Source: a virus
DNA: 64,000 nt
IMG/VR virus record: IMGVR_UViG_3300027759_000067
Span: 25,708-89,707 of that record
Reading direction: 5' to 3' (one strand)
Position numbers and translations under genes: made by a program. The notes below the pieces were generated by a model, which was given only the letters and a program-made list of their open reading frames with translations, was not told the DNA's origin and searched no databases. This document shows positions 47,229 to 58,301 of the stretch, piece after piece; the stretch's first letter is position 1; every line of letters starts with the position of its first letter.

Positions 47229-47516
47229 CTATATTTTGGTAATATCAATATCGCTATCCACAGGTAGTTTCCACAATTGTTTGCGTTCTACACCTTTCTT
47301 TTGAGCAAATTGTTTTGGATTACAATTAGGGCAAACATGATAGAATTGATCATTAATTCTACGATAGTCCATACTGCCCTGATCTCTTTCAAACAAGGAC
47401 TGGCAGCTATCGCATTGTAGTACAGCTACAGTTTTAGTTCTACTATAAGAGTGTGCATTTTTTAGTTTGCTAATTTTAGTGTATTGAGTTTTAATTTTCT
47501 TTGTTTCGATGAACAT
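47229..47516 (-). CDS. Zinc-ribbon protein
   Basis: CDSC...CPNC. Confidence 0.65.
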   Translation of the reverse strand: MFIETKKIKTQYTKISKLKNAHSYSRTKTVAVLQCDSCQSLFERDQGSMDYRRINDQFYHVCPNCNPKQFAQKKGVERKQLWKLPVDSDIDITKI

Positions 47517-47597
47517 TGATTATTTACATTCGGATTACAGAAATCCAAACTAAATACCGTTATGACCTAATCAATGGTCAAAAATCAGGAATTCAAA

Positions 47598-50500
47598 ATG
47601 ACTATTCAATATATCAACACAGGATCCGGAGCCAATGCCGGCGATGGTGACAGTTTAAGATCAGCGTTTATCAAAGTTAACAATAACTTTGCTAGATTTG
47701 CTGTACTTGAAAATGCCACAATAGGATATACAGGTAGTTTTGGTGATACTGGATACACTGGTAGTAGTGGTGCTTATGCCGCAATAGGATATACTGGTAG
47801 TGCTGGTGCTGGTGGAGTATCTATATCAGACTTTGGTGAAGGGTTTAGTCTAACTGTTGCTAACCAGATTGTTACCAACAAACTATACAGTACAAATCAA
47901 ACACAACCAACACAGCACTACAGATTGGAACTTGATACCAATGGTATTATTATATTGCCAGATCAAAGTATTATCAATGGTAGTACTTTACGCGGAGTTT
48001 ATGGTACAGGTGACGCAAACTATACTGGTATCACTATTGGTCCTGATGCCAACCATAGGGAAGAATCTTGGGTATGGGTCGATCACACCGGTGTTAGCAT
48101 TGCTACAGAGTATAGTACAAGTGCTTATACTTGGAAGTTTGATAACAATGGTGTATTAACACTACCATACGGACAGAGTATCAGTAGCGGCCCTTTAGAT
48201 GGTATTAAACTAACCACTGATCGTGGCACCGTATTGTTTGGTAATACTCCGGAGTGTGTGCCAACCTTAGCAAGTCATTTCCACATCATGCGTGATGACC
48301 CTACTACTGTAGATTTATTCTTTGGTGATGACTACAACTATGTTAAGTTACCCTATTATTCAACTTTAACAAATGTGGGTGTAGAGATCAACGCAGACGG
48401 ATACTCTTGGCAATTTGATAAAAGTGGCATACTAACATTACCTAGCGGTAATGCCGTTATTGGAAATACTTTTGGTTCAGATGCTATTCTAGGAAGTACT
48501 GATACTTCGGTAGCAGTGGTTGCTCAAGGTCTATATGGTTCTTCTTCTCTACTATGGGTAGATGACATCGCAAATATAGGATCATCGGGCACACACGTTG
48601 CGGCAGTAGTAGTTAACGATCCATTTGCTTCAAGCAGTGGCACCGTTCAAATAGCAACAGGATTATCTAACGGTCTCATCAGTAACAACATCTGGGAATT
48701 TGGCGCAGATGGTACATTAACTATACCCGATGATATACAAGATGCTAACGGTTCTGTTATCCGTATAGCAACAACTAGTACAGCACCTACTAGAGTTAAT
48801 GGACAACTATGGTTTAACACCGAAGACGGCCGTGCATATATTAGATATGATAATAATTGGATTGATTTTAGTCCTCCAGAAGTTCCTCCTCCAAGCACAT
48901 ACTTAGATGGGTTAATTATAGATGGTACTACAATCAGCACCGTAGATTCAACAGCAACTACAATTTATTTAGAAGGTGATTTAATACCTACAATGAATAA
49001 CACATATGACTTGGGTGCTCCTGAGAATCAATGGAAGTCATTGTATGTTAGTACAGGTACTATCTATATTGGTGGAACACCGTTAAGCGTTGATCCTGAC
49101 GGTAATTTAACAGTAGCAGGAAGTCCAGTAAGTGGAGCATTACCATCCGTACTAGGTGTTGTTACATTCCCTGGTGATCTACTAATTGGTACATTGTGGC
49201 CCAATGACCCAATGCCAATGGGTGACAAAGAAAGTGTAGTCTGGGCCAAAGATGATACTGAATATCTAGGACTTTGGTGGGGCGGAAGTCAAACATATCC
49301 TGATTCAGGATATGGTCCAGTTGCTGGTATCATGATTGGTACTGGTGATGGCAGCATGACTGATGATTTCGTTCAAGGACCTTCCCCAACAGGCACTAAT
49401 ATTACTTTGGCTATTAATGATGATATAGGTACCCTAGAATGGGTATTCGGTAGGGATGGAGAACTAACACTACCAACCAATGGTCGTTTGGGTGCTATAG
49501 ATCCTAAAGGTGGAACCATGCTGGACGGTGGTCTTGGTTCTAATGTAAGTTTAACTAGTTTTTACTCTACTGGAAATTATTCTTCCTGTGTTACTGCCAG
49601 TGCAGGCGGAACACTTTATATCAGAGCATACAATGACGGTGGTCCCAATCCAAGCAGTACTTGGATATTTGATAAAGATGGTAGTTTAACATTACCCGAA
49701 GGTGGAACAATCAAAGGTGGCGGCACAGGTACTAATGTTACTATTGTGGCCAGTACAGGAACTAATCCAGCAGTTTGGATGTTTGAGGCTGATGGTGTAT
49801 TAACATTACCAAATGCTATGACCATAGATGCATCAGACAGTTTTGGTACGGTTAAAATTGGCGGCTCCAATACTCAGATTAGAATTGACGACGGTGGAGC
49901 ACCTCCGGGGTTATATATTAGAACTGATATGACTGGTGCAGATCATGGCTGGTTGTTTGGCACAGATGGTAACTTAACATTGCCACTTGAGTCTAAATTA
50001 AATTCAGGTGGTGTTGGCGTTGCTAATAGTGCAGAGTTTGGTACATCAGTTACGGTATCAACATCAACTGTTGTTAATAGTGAAATCTATATGGGATCCG
50101 GCTACGGTGAATTCCGTAGCATATACAACAAGGTAGGTGAAATTGAATCTGGATTAACCTACGCTGGTGTAGAAGGATTTAATTATGCCCAGTATGGAGA
50201 TGTTAACTTCAGCGGTATGGTTAGTCAAACTCCTCATATAGATAGTATGTATACTATTTCTGTCAGTACAACTACTGGACTGATCAGTATTGGATTTACA
50301 CAGGATGGTGGAACATCAGTATCAAAAGATTGGATTACTGTATTAGGAACACTTAACGCTTACTACACAGTTAATGGTATTTTTGTCGATACTACTCAAA
50401 CTGTTATAGCAGGTGGCGATGGTGTTTTGAGTAGCATTGTTAAATTAACAGATTCTGTGAACATTACTACTATTGATAGTATAACAACAGGTACTCAGAC

Positions 50501-52256
50501 ATGGACCTTTGGCACAGATGGTACACTAACACTACCACACGGTGGCACTATTCTTGACACTGTACCAACACCGGGTATAACAAGAACAAAATACACGGGT
50601 TCAGCGGCATATGATGTAAACTGGTATTCAACTGCCACAGTAATTGAAACGGGTATCGCAACAACAATGAGTGAAAGCTACGATGATACCTTGGTAGGTG
50701 GTGCTGATTATAGTTTCCAATATGCGGGATACTTCAAGGCACCGGCCACAGGTACTTACACATTTACAATGTTTGCCGATGATAGTGGAAGATTCTGGAT
50801 TGGACCAAACGCACTAACAGGATACACTGCCGGAAATGCTAATATAAGTATACCCATGTATGACGAGGGCAGTACTACAACATCGTTAACAGCAGATGAG
50901 TTTTATCCTATAAGATTACAATGGAATAACGCTTCGGGCCCCGGATCGATGGTTTTTAGTTGGAGTAACAATCAAGGACAATCTACCACTACCGACTTTA
51001 CTGGTGTGATATTCGCAGAGCTTGGCCAAACAGCAATAACATCTGATAATGACATTGAATTGAAAATCAACAACGGAACTACCAGCACCTGGACCTTTGG
51101 CACAGATGGATCTACCTCGTTGGCATCTGGAGTGGAGATTTCCAACAGCAGTGAATTTAACTTTGTAACTTGGAATACTGGATCGGCACTAATATTAACA
51201 GATACTGTCAATCTCAATCCTCCTTCGTTCATCTATATTCCCAGTTCATCAGATACTGTGTCTAGAGTTAGTATAGCTAATACTAATACTACTGGGGGAG
51301 TAATGTTAGTTCAAGGACCCGGAGACAGTCAGAGTTCATTAGAAGTCAACAGCGGTGGTGTGTCTATTTCTACTATCGTTAATAATTCTCAAACAGGTGC
51401 TTGGCAATTTAGTTCAACTGGAACATTAAAATTCCCAGATAACACACAACAGACTACAGCCTACACAGGTGGCGGTGCCGGATTTGCTACAACTTCAACA
51501 TTAGTCAACGGTACATCTACAGTTAGTCTCAGTTCAACTGGAACACTAACTGTTCCTGGAAACATCATCCCTGATGCTGACAGTATCTATAGTTTAGGTA
51601 GTCCAACACGTAAATTTAAAGATTTATATGTTAGCACCACAACTATATATATGGGTGACCTTGTTATTAGTGGAAGTCCTAGTACAGGATTAACTATTAA
51701 TGGAAACTCGGCTAACAGCAAACAAACTTTTGTTGGAGGAGAAGGCGTCGGCCCTGATAATTGTTCTTGGATTGAGTGGGCAATTGGCACAAATTATCTC
51801 ACAGTAAGAAATCCTGGTACAAACTTTAAACTTATCATGGAGGGACTAAAGACAGGAAATACATTTAATGCAGTTAGTCCAATTGATCTTACCTTTACGG
51901 TATCATCAACCTTATGGCATTTTGATAATGAACTTACTCCAGATAATCCAGAATATCGAATTGGTGTGAACGAAACAAATGTTTCATTCTCTGGAGAATT
52001 TATATATCTATTAGCAGTTCCTGTACCTGAAAGAACTAATGCACTATCAAATGGTGTATACTCATTAACATTAAATTCTACAGGAACAGTAACATTGCCC
52101 GGATTATTAACATTGCCAGTTACTACATCTATTCCTGCTATAACAACTGCTACAGGTACAGTAGCAGTATGTGATGGTACACTGTGGGACGGAGGTGGTG
52201 ATGGTTTTGAACACTTAATGATTTACATCAACGATGTTTGGACTAAAGTAGTTTAA
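47598..52256 (+). CDS. Long tail fibre with repeated W.F..DG.LTLP units and a PA14-like domain
   Basis: NTGSGANAGDGDSLRSAF.K.N.NF N-terminus; PA14-like GYFKAPATGTYTF..ADD at about 50570-51020. Confidence 0.8.
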   Translation: MTIQYINTGSGANAGDGDSLRSAFIKVNNNFARFAVLENATIGYTGSFGDTGYTGSSGAYAAIGYTGSAGAGGVSISDFGEGFSLTVANQIVTNKLYSTNQTQPTQHYRLELDTNGIIILPDQSIINGSTLRGVYGTGDANYTGITIGPDANHREESWVWVDHTGVSIATEYSTSAYTWKFDNNGVLTLPYGQSISSGPLDGIKLTTDRGTVLFGNTPECVPTLASHFHIMRDDPTTVDLFFGDDYNYVKLPYYSTLTNVGVEINADGYSWQFDKSGILTLPSGNAVIGNTFGSDAILGSTDTSVAVVAQGLYGSSSLLWVDDIANIGSSGTHVAAVVVNDPFASSSGTVQIATGLSNGLISNNIWEFGADGTLTIPDDIQDANGSVIRIATTSTAPTRVNGQLWFNTEDGRAYIRYDNNWIDFSPPEVPPPSTYLDGLIIDGTTISTVDSTATTIYLEGDLIPTMNNTYDLGAPENQWKSLYVSTGTIYIGGTPLSVDPDGNLTVAGSPVSGALPSVLGVVTFPGDLLIGTLWPNDPMPMGDKESVVWAKDDTEYLGLWWGGSQTYPDSGYGPVAGIMIGTGDGSMTDDFVQGPSPTGTNITLAINDDIGTLEWVFGRDGELTLPTNGRLGAIDPKGGTMLDGGLGSNVSLTSFYSTGNYSSCVTASAGGTLYIRAYNDGGPNPSSTWIFDKDGSLTLPEGGTIKGGGTGTNVTIVASTGTNPAVWMFEADGVLTLPNAMTIDASDSFGTVKIGGSNTQIRIDDGGAPPGLYIRTDMTGADHGWLFGTDGNLTLPLESKLNSGGVGVANSAEFGTSVTVSTSTVVNSEIYMGSGYGEFRSIYNKVGEIESGLTYAGVEGFNYAQYGDVNFSGMVSQTPHIDSMYTISVSTTTGLISIGFTQDGGTSVSKDWITVLGTLNAYYTVNGIFVDTTQTVIAGGDGVLSSIVKLTDSVNITTIDSITTGTQTWTFGTDGTLTLPHGGTILDTVPTPGITRTKYTGSAAYDVNWYSTATVIETGIATTMSESYDDTLVGGADYSFQYAGYFKAPATGTYTFTMFADDSGRFWIGPNALTGYTAGNANISIPMYDEGSTTTSLTADEFYPIRLQWNNASGPGSMVFSWSNNQGQSTTTDFTGVIFAELGQTAITSDNDIELKINNGTTSTWTFGTDGSTSLASGVEISNSSEFNFVTWNTGSALILTDTVNLNPPSFIYIPSSSDTVSRVSIANTNTTGGVMLVQGPGDSQSSLEVNSGGVSISTIVNNSQTGAWQFSSTGTLKFPDNTQQTTAYTGGGAGFATTSTLVNGTSTVSLSSTGTLTVPGNIIPDADSIYSLGSPTRKFKDLYVSTTTIYMGDLVISGSPSTGLTINGNSANSKQTFVGGEGVGPDNCSWIEWAIGTNYLTVRNPGTNFKLIMEGLKTGNTFNAVSPIDLTFTVSSTLWHFDNELTPDNPEYRIGVNETNVSFSGEFIYLLAVPVPERTNALSNGVYSLTLNSTGTVTLPGLLTLPVTTSIPAITTATGTVAVCDGTLWDGGGDGFEHLMIYINDVWTKVV

Positions 52257-52303
52257 TAACCCAAATTTAATATTATTTCCAATAAATACAACGAGGAACA
52301 CCA

Positions 52304-53308
52304 ATGGCACATCCGATACAATTTCCAACAGAACCAACAGTAGGTCAAGAATATTTGGCAGAAAACACCGTAACCTACATTTATACAGGAGATCGTTGGT
52401 CTGCTGCCCGTGCAATTACTACTAAAAAGTACTTTTTTACACAAAATGGTTCTTTTTCAGATTGGGAATACAATCCATCTGTTGATGATTTACTAGATGG
52501 CGGCTGGTCAGGCGGCTCAGAACCTAATCCCGGCCCTCCTCCGCCAAACATACCTAAATTCCACTGGACTAAAGATCCAATTGACGCACGTGATTACATT
52601 TGGCAAATACAACCATTAACTGCAACTCCTACCAGCGTAGATCTACGCCCTTACTCATCTGCAATAGAAAATCAAGGTAATTTAGGCAGTTGTACAGGCA
52701 ATGCCATTGCAGCAGCCATTGAACTTGTAGATAGAAAAAAGAACAAACCGCTTGAAGTTAGTAGATTGTTTATCTACTATCAAGAACGACTGTTAGAAGG
52801 TACAATTAGTGTAGATGCAGGTGCTTACATACGTGATGGTATCAAAGCCTGCTATACTTGGGGTGCTCCTGTTGAAAGTTTGTGGCCTTATACAATATCA
52901 AAGTTTGCAACAAAACCTAGCACAGCAGCCTATACTGATGCACTTAGAAGAAAAGTAACAGGTTATCAACGCTGTACAAATTTTGCAGCAGTAAAGAATG
53001 CATTAGCGTCTGGCTATCCAGTAGTAGCAGGATTTTTAGTATATAGTAGTTTCTATAATATTACCAGCAATGGCATCATGCCTTATCCTAATGTAAATAC
53101 AGAACAATTGTTAGGCGGTCATGCAATATGCATAGTTGGGTATAATGATAATTATGGCGGAACTCCTGGCAACGGTAGATTCATCTGTAAAAATAGTTGG
53201 GGCAGTGCGTGGGGCAATAACGGATACTTTTATATGCCTTACCAAGTGATACAAAATACATCCATGAGCAGCGACTTTTGGGTAATAAACGGTGTAACTA
53301 ATCCATAA
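52304..53308 (+). CDS. Papain-like (C1A) cysteine protease with fibre-type N-terminal module
   Basis: QGNLGSC, GGHAICIVGY, KNSWG. Confidence 0.9.
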   Translation: MAHPIQFPTEPTVGQEYLAENTVTYIYTGDRWSAARAITTKKYFFTQNGSFSDWEYNPSVDDLLDGGWSGGSEPNPGPPPPNIPKFHWTKDPIDARDYIWQIQPLTATPTSVDLRPYSSAIENQGNLGSCTGNAIAAAIELVDRKKNKPLEVSRLFIYYQERLLEGTISVDAGAYIRDGIKACYTWGAPVESLWPYTISKFATKPSTAAYTDALRRKVTGYQRCTNFAAVKNALASGYPVVAGFLVYSSFYNITSNGIMPYPNVNTEQLLGGHAICIVGYNDNYGGTPGNGRFICKNSWGSAWGNNGYFYMPYQVIQNTSMSSDFWVINGVTNP

Positions 53309-53321
53309 TAGGAAAATAAAA

Positions 53322-56300
53322 ATGACAACAAGAATTAAATTACGTAGAGATACAGCAGCAAATTGGGTTTCAAACAATCCTATTTTAGCCTTAGGTGAAA
53401 CAGGTTTCGAAACCGATACCCGAATGATGAAGTTGGGCAATGGTTCAACTCAGTGGAATAACTTAAAATATGCTGTCACTGGTGATATGCGTATGTCTGG
53501 TACAACCATTGCCAGCGATACTGATATTAAATTTAGTTCTCACTCTGGACTACGAGAAAATTGGGCATTGACTGTTAATGCTCTTAGTAGTCCAACTGAT
53601 CCTATTGAGGCCTGGACAGATGCTGTGGCCTACGATAGTCAGGGTAATGCTTTTGTTGCCGGTTGGTATGTTGATATTGGACCTACTGCTTCCGCTAAGT
53701 ATAGCGGAGCATTCTTAATGAAAGTTGATTCTACTGGACAAGTATTATGGAACAAATATTATAATGAATATACCACATATGGTTGGGGTGTAGCAGTTGA
53801 TCATGCTGGTAATGCTATATTGATTCTAAGTGAAACTGACAATCCAGATTCTGATATTGTTATGATCAAAGTTAGAGGTGACAATGGTGTTCCAATTTGG
53901 CAAAGATACCTTGCCAGTGTGGGTGACTATGATGACTTTGCTACCAGCATTGATGTTGATGCCAACAATGATATCTTTATCACAGGTTGGAGTGGTGATG
54001 ATGCAGTTAATGATAGTAATGAAACTTTCCTAATCGCCAAGATCAGTGGCGTAGATGGTACTTTTAATAATGGTGGTTGGCAGAAAATGCTTGCTCCAAC
54101 TGAAGGATGTAACACAGGACTCGGATGGGGTATTGCTGTAGATCCAGCAGGCGATGTATGTATTGTGGGCAATGATTGGACAGGCCCAAGGTTTATTGCA
54201 GTGGTTAAACGTCTTGGTACAACTGGTGGTGTAGCATGGCAAACACGCATACTTGATCAACTCAGTTACAATGGCAATGTATATACTGATTTGACACTAT
54301 ACGGTACAGATGTAACATCAGACAGTCAAGGTGACTTTTATGTTACATGGTGGGGAGATTGGGAAGGAGACGGCCCAGGATTCCCTGGCACACAATGCGG
54401 TGTGACCAAACTCAGCGGCACAGATGGTACTGCACTATGGAGTCGTCAAATTGGTTGGCCTGACTACACAAGTGTATCAGGATCCATAGTATGTGACAGC
54501 GATGATAACATCTATGTACATAGCAGTATCAATTCTGATCAAGCCAGCGGCGATAATAACACTAGATTTAATTCTGTTATAGTTAAATTAAACGCACAAG
54601 GTACAGTGGTTTGGAAACGTACATTAAGCAGAGAACAATATACTACATTCAGCAGTGTAGTTCCTATGCCTTACAGTCCAAGTGGATTACCAGGCGGACA
54701 AACAGTGGCAGTCAATGATGAATACTTGTTGATCGGTGGCACACAATTTATTACTGAAGATTATGATAATAATCAAAATTGGAAAAATCAACCATTCTTA
54801 GTACAGGTAGATAAAGATGGTACAGAGTTCTCTGTGGATGGTTGGCATTTTAAAGCCTGCCCAGAATGGCTTGCTGTTAATCTTGTAACTCCTGTAATTG
54901 ATAATCAAAATTTCTTTGATGATGTAACAGCAGTTCCTGGTACATTGACCAATGTTAATGCTGTTGATGTTTATTATGAAACCAACATGGATACCACTGA
55001 TCTAAGTTATAGAATCATGGACCGTGCAGAGACTATGACCTTTGATGGTAATAAATTAACATTACCTCTAAGTGGTAGTGTTGATATTCCACGTAAGAAA
55101 ATTGGACATATCACCAGTGTTGGTAGATTTGATGGTACAGAAGGTCTTAAAGGCGGTAACCAAGAAGGCGATGTATGGTTCAATGGTGTGGTTAGAGATA
55201 CACAAGGCAATAGTTATGTTGCTGGTACTCGGTATATGTATTATCCTTTTAATGACAGTGGATCCAATATCGACGACGATGTTCCACTCTTATTCAAGAT
55301 AGACAGCGATGGTAAGATTGCGTGGCAAGCCAGCGATAGTTTAGATTACTTCACTGAAGCAGTTGATGTTATGATCAATCCAGTGACCAACAATCCTGTG
55401 TTGTTAAGTTTAGATGCTGATCAAGACGGTAGTGAAGGCTTCACAGTTAAAACATTAGATGCCAATAGCGGACAAGTTGTAGGTGATGTTATCCATGTAC
55501 AGGATGCAAGCGGATCTCAACGTGATATAAATGCTCGCAACCTTGCTCTATTGAGCGATGGTACTCCTGTAGTAGCAGGTTATATCAACAACAACAAAGA
55601 AGACTACTTGAATGTAACTAGTGGTGGTGCTGGTCTAACTGGCAGCAATGATACAGATACATTGGTTATACCTAAGAGTGTATTTAATACCGGTAACTAT
55701 CCAAGTGCTAATGGATTATGGTATATCAGTAATCCTTCACCATCCTTAAGTACAGCAATTGTCGGAGTTAATATCTTTAACAATAGTGGATCTGGATTCA
55801 CTGCTACTAATGTAAGCAGCACTGGTACAGATGCTACATTTAATATTAATATTGCACCAGCAACAGGTGTATATTCTGTAACGGTGGTCAGTGGTGGAAC
55901 TAATTATCTCAATGGTGATACGCTGTCTATTCCTACACTACAGTTCTTAGGCGTAGCAGGTCAAGGTGATATAGCCTTAACAGTTACTACCAACGGTAGT
56001 GGTGCAATAACAACTGCTACAACCGTAAGCACAAGTTCTTGGGCTAATATTAAGTTAGTAATTAATAGCCCTTACAATTTCACCACATCTACTAGTACAT
56101 TGAAGGTCTATGAAGAAACCAATGATGATGGATTTATTTGGACACCTAATTGGAGCACTGCTATTGGTGGAACAACTGGTACTGACTACTTCCACGCATT
56201 GGCAGTGGATTCAGACGACAACATTATCGTTGGTGGATATTATGAATACACTGGATTACCACCTACCGATGCTGAATATATTTGGAATAAAACCAGTATG

Positions 56301-57455
56301 GTGGCCAAGTATTCCAGCACTGGAACACAGCAGTGGGCAGTGAGTTTAGATGGTACAGAAGGTGAAGGATTTGTTACAGGTATTGTTACAGATCCTGACA
56401 ATAACATCTATGCTATGAAAAGTTGGACTAACAGTGATAGCAACTATCTAATAAAAGTTTCATCTACTGGTACTATGTTATGGCAAGTTAATATTGGAAA
56501 ATATCAATACTTTAACGGTGGGGATCACGGTATTGCCATAGACAGCGATCGTAACATCCTAATTGGCGGCCAATATTATGGCGATCGTGTAGATAATGAT
56601 GAACACAATTATAACGATGGTATATTACTCAACAAGTTTGACACTGATGGTAATCTATTATGGATGAGACTACTCTATAGTAGAACTCGTGATATTCGCA
56701 ATGGTTATAACGATGACTATCGTAATGCTATTGATATCCACGGTGATAGATTCAGTGTAATTGGTTATAGCGATGCAGTTGGTAATCAAGATTACAATGG
56801 ATTCTTTGCTGATCTACCATTAGATGGCAGCGGTACTGGACACTACAACGACTTTATCTATGAAGCAGTTGAACACCTTGTTGATCGTGTTACTCCTTAC
56901 ACTACAAGTACCGTCTTTACATTTACTCCAGCAACAAGATCACACGCATTTACAGTGACCAATGAAACAAATGTATTGACCATATATACAGATAGATCGG
57001 ACAAAGTTGAAAATGTCTATGAGGACATGGGTGGTGAGATAACGTCTGTTAATAAGATTGTATTTGAAGATGGTACTGAGCAAATGACCAGTGCTCAAGA
57101 CATCCCCCAAGTACCAATGAGTCGTGTAAATAGTGATTCCGATTATATTCTAAGATTAGAAGATCGTGGTCATCATGTGTATTCAGGAACAGAATATAGT
57201 CCATCGTATGTCCGAGTTCCAAGACACAGTGATGTACCATTCCCGATTGGTACTGCTATTACTATCGTCAGCGGTGGGTGGGGCGAAGTAAGAATCAAAG
57301 CACAACATACTGGTGACACACGAATTTATGGTGATGGTACTGGCGACTATAATGATGGTTGGTATATACCAGAAAGATCAATGGCAACATTGCTCAAAAT
57401 TGAAGAAGATGTATGGATGTTGGCAGGTGCTGGCTTAGGTACTGGACATAATTAA
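53322..57455 (+). CDS. Tail fibre/adhesin: Mtd-N-like N-terminus plus beta-propeller repeats
   Basis: IKLRRDTAANW...NPILALGE.GFETDT; many D..GN.Y..G / K.DS.G...W repeats. Confidence 0.8.
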   Translation: MTTRIKLRRDTAANWVSNNPILALGETGFETDTRMMKLGNGSTQWNNLKYAVTGDMRMSGTTIASDTDIKFSSHSGLRENWALTVNALSSPTDPIEAWTDAVAYDSQGNAFVAGWYVDIGPTASAKYSGAFLMKVDSTGQVLWNKYYNEYTTYGWGVAVDHAGNAILILSETDNPDSDIVMIKVRGDNGVPIWQRYLASVGDYDDFATSIDVDANNDIFITGWSGDDAVNDSNETFLIAKISGVDGTFNNGGWQKMLAPTEGCNTGLGWGIAVDPAGDVCIVGNDWTGPRFIAVVKRLGTTGGVAWQTRILDQLSYNGNVYTDLTLYGTDVTSDSQGDFYVTWWGDWEGDGPGFPGTQCGVTKLSGTDGTALWSRQIGWPDYTSVSGSIVCDSDDNIYVHSSINSDQASGDNNTRFNSVIVKLNAQGTVVWKRTLSREQYTTFSSVVPMPYSPSGLPGGQTVAVNDEYLLIGGTQFITEDYDNNQNWKNQPFLVQVDKDGTEFSVDGWHFKACPEWLAVNLVTPVIDNQNFFDDVTAVPGTLTNVNAVDVYYETNMDTTDLSYRIMDRAETMTFDGNKLTLPLSGSVDIPRKKIGHITSVGRFDGTEGLKGGNQEGDVWFNGVVRDTQGNSYVAGTRYMYYPFNDSGSNIDDDVPLLFKIDSDGKIAWQASDSLDYFTEAVDVMINPVTNNPVLLSLDADQDGSEGFTVKTLDANSGQVVGDVIHVQDASGSQRDINARNLALLSDGTPVVAGYINNNKEDYLNVTSGGAGLTGSNDTDTLVIPKSVFNTGNYPSANGLWYISNPSPSLSTAIVGVNIFNNSGSGFTATNVSSTGTDATFNINIAPATGVYSVTVVSGGTNYLNGDTLSIPTLQFLGVAGQGDIALTVTTNGSGAITTATTVSTSSWANIKLVINSPYNFTTSTSTLKVYEETNDDGFIWTPNWSTAIGGTTGTDYFHALAVDSDDNIIVGGYYEYTGLPPTDAEYIWNKTSMVAKYSSTGTQQWAVSLDGTEGEGFVTGIVTDPDNNIYAMKSWTNSDSNYLIKVSSTGTMLWQVNIGKYQYFNGGDHGIAIDSDRNILIGGQYYGDRVDNDEHNYNDGILLNKFDTDGNLLWMRLLYSRTRDIRNGYNDDYRNAIDIHGDRFSVIGYSDAVGNQDYNGFFADLPLDGSGTGHYNDFIYEAVEHLVDRVTPYTTSTVFTFTPATRSHAFTVTNETNVLTIYTDRSDKVENVYEDMGGEITSVNKIVFEDGTEQMTSAQDIPQVPMSRVNSDSDYILRLEDRGHHVYSGTEYSPSYVRVPRHSDVPFPIGTAITIVSGGWGEVRIKAQHTGDTRIYGDGTGDYNDGWYIPERSMATLLKIEEDVWMLAGAGLGTGHN

Positions 57456-57548
57456 TCATGAGTATCATATCAGCAGTCATAGGGGCGGTAGCGTACAATT
57501 AGTATCACAAATAGTTAAACTGAATTATCATAGCAGTTAAATACTGCT

Positions 57549-58301
57549 ATGACTAAATCACAATGGGAAGAACGTAGTAAGAACTGGAATAGTGGCTCGC
57601 CAATGGTTCCAAATTACGAAGTAATTGATTACTTAAAATCACAGATAGACAATGACTCCGATGTATTAGTGTTGGGCGTGACTCAACAATTCCATCAGGC
57701 ATTTGATAATGTAACAGCAGTGGATCGAGAACCTGCAATGATTGAAAGAGTTTGGTTAGGCGACACCGATACCAAACATGCCATACTGGACAATTGGCTA
57801 ACAGTGGATTTACCCGACAATAACTTTGATGCTATACTAGGTGATGGTAGCCTTAACATGTTGGTAAATTCCAAAGAAATACAGACTGTGGTTGATCGTT
57901 GTCGAGAATGGCTCGCACCCAATGGCAAGTTCATATGCCGTATGTTCATACGCCCATACCAACCTATTACTAGAGAATATCTATTAGAACAAGCAGCAAA
58001 TCTCACAATAAGTTGGACAGCATTTCGTAGATTCATTCCTATGTTATTGGCACACGAACAAGGTGCTTTTGTACCCTGGGCAAAAACATACAATTTCTTT
58101 AATGAATTGTTTCCAGATAAAAGTAAGTTACCATTTACCGCTGAACAACTATCACGCATGGATGCTTACAAGGATGTTACAACCAGCACATGGTTCCCTA
58201 CACGTAAAGAGATATTGGATCTGTTGCCCGATGCTGAGTTTGTAGATGTTGGCACCTATGATATTGCTGAACTGTTTCCGTTAATAGTGATTAAGAAATG
58301 A
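57549..58301 (+). CDS. SAM-dependent methyltransferase-like protein
   Basis: VLVLGVT, TAVD, FDAILGDG, L.PNG.F. Confidence 0.7.
   Translation: MTKSQWEERSKNWNSGSPMVPNYEVIDYLKSQIDNDSDVLVLGVTQQFHQAFDNVTAVDREPAMIERVWLGDTDTKHAILDNWLTVDLPDNNFDAILGDGSLNMLVNSKEIQTVVDRCREWLAPNGKFICRMFIRPYQPITREYLLEQAANLTISWTAFRRFIPMLLAHEQGAFVPWAKTYNFFNELFPDKSKLPFTAEQLSRMDAYKDVTTSTWFPTRKEILDLLPDAEFVDVGTYDIAELFPLIVIKK

Noticed and set aside
53322-57455. Diversity-generating retroelement target (Mtd-like N-terminus)
   Set aside because: No RT and no template/variable repeat pair seen; only the N-terminal anchor resembles Mtd.
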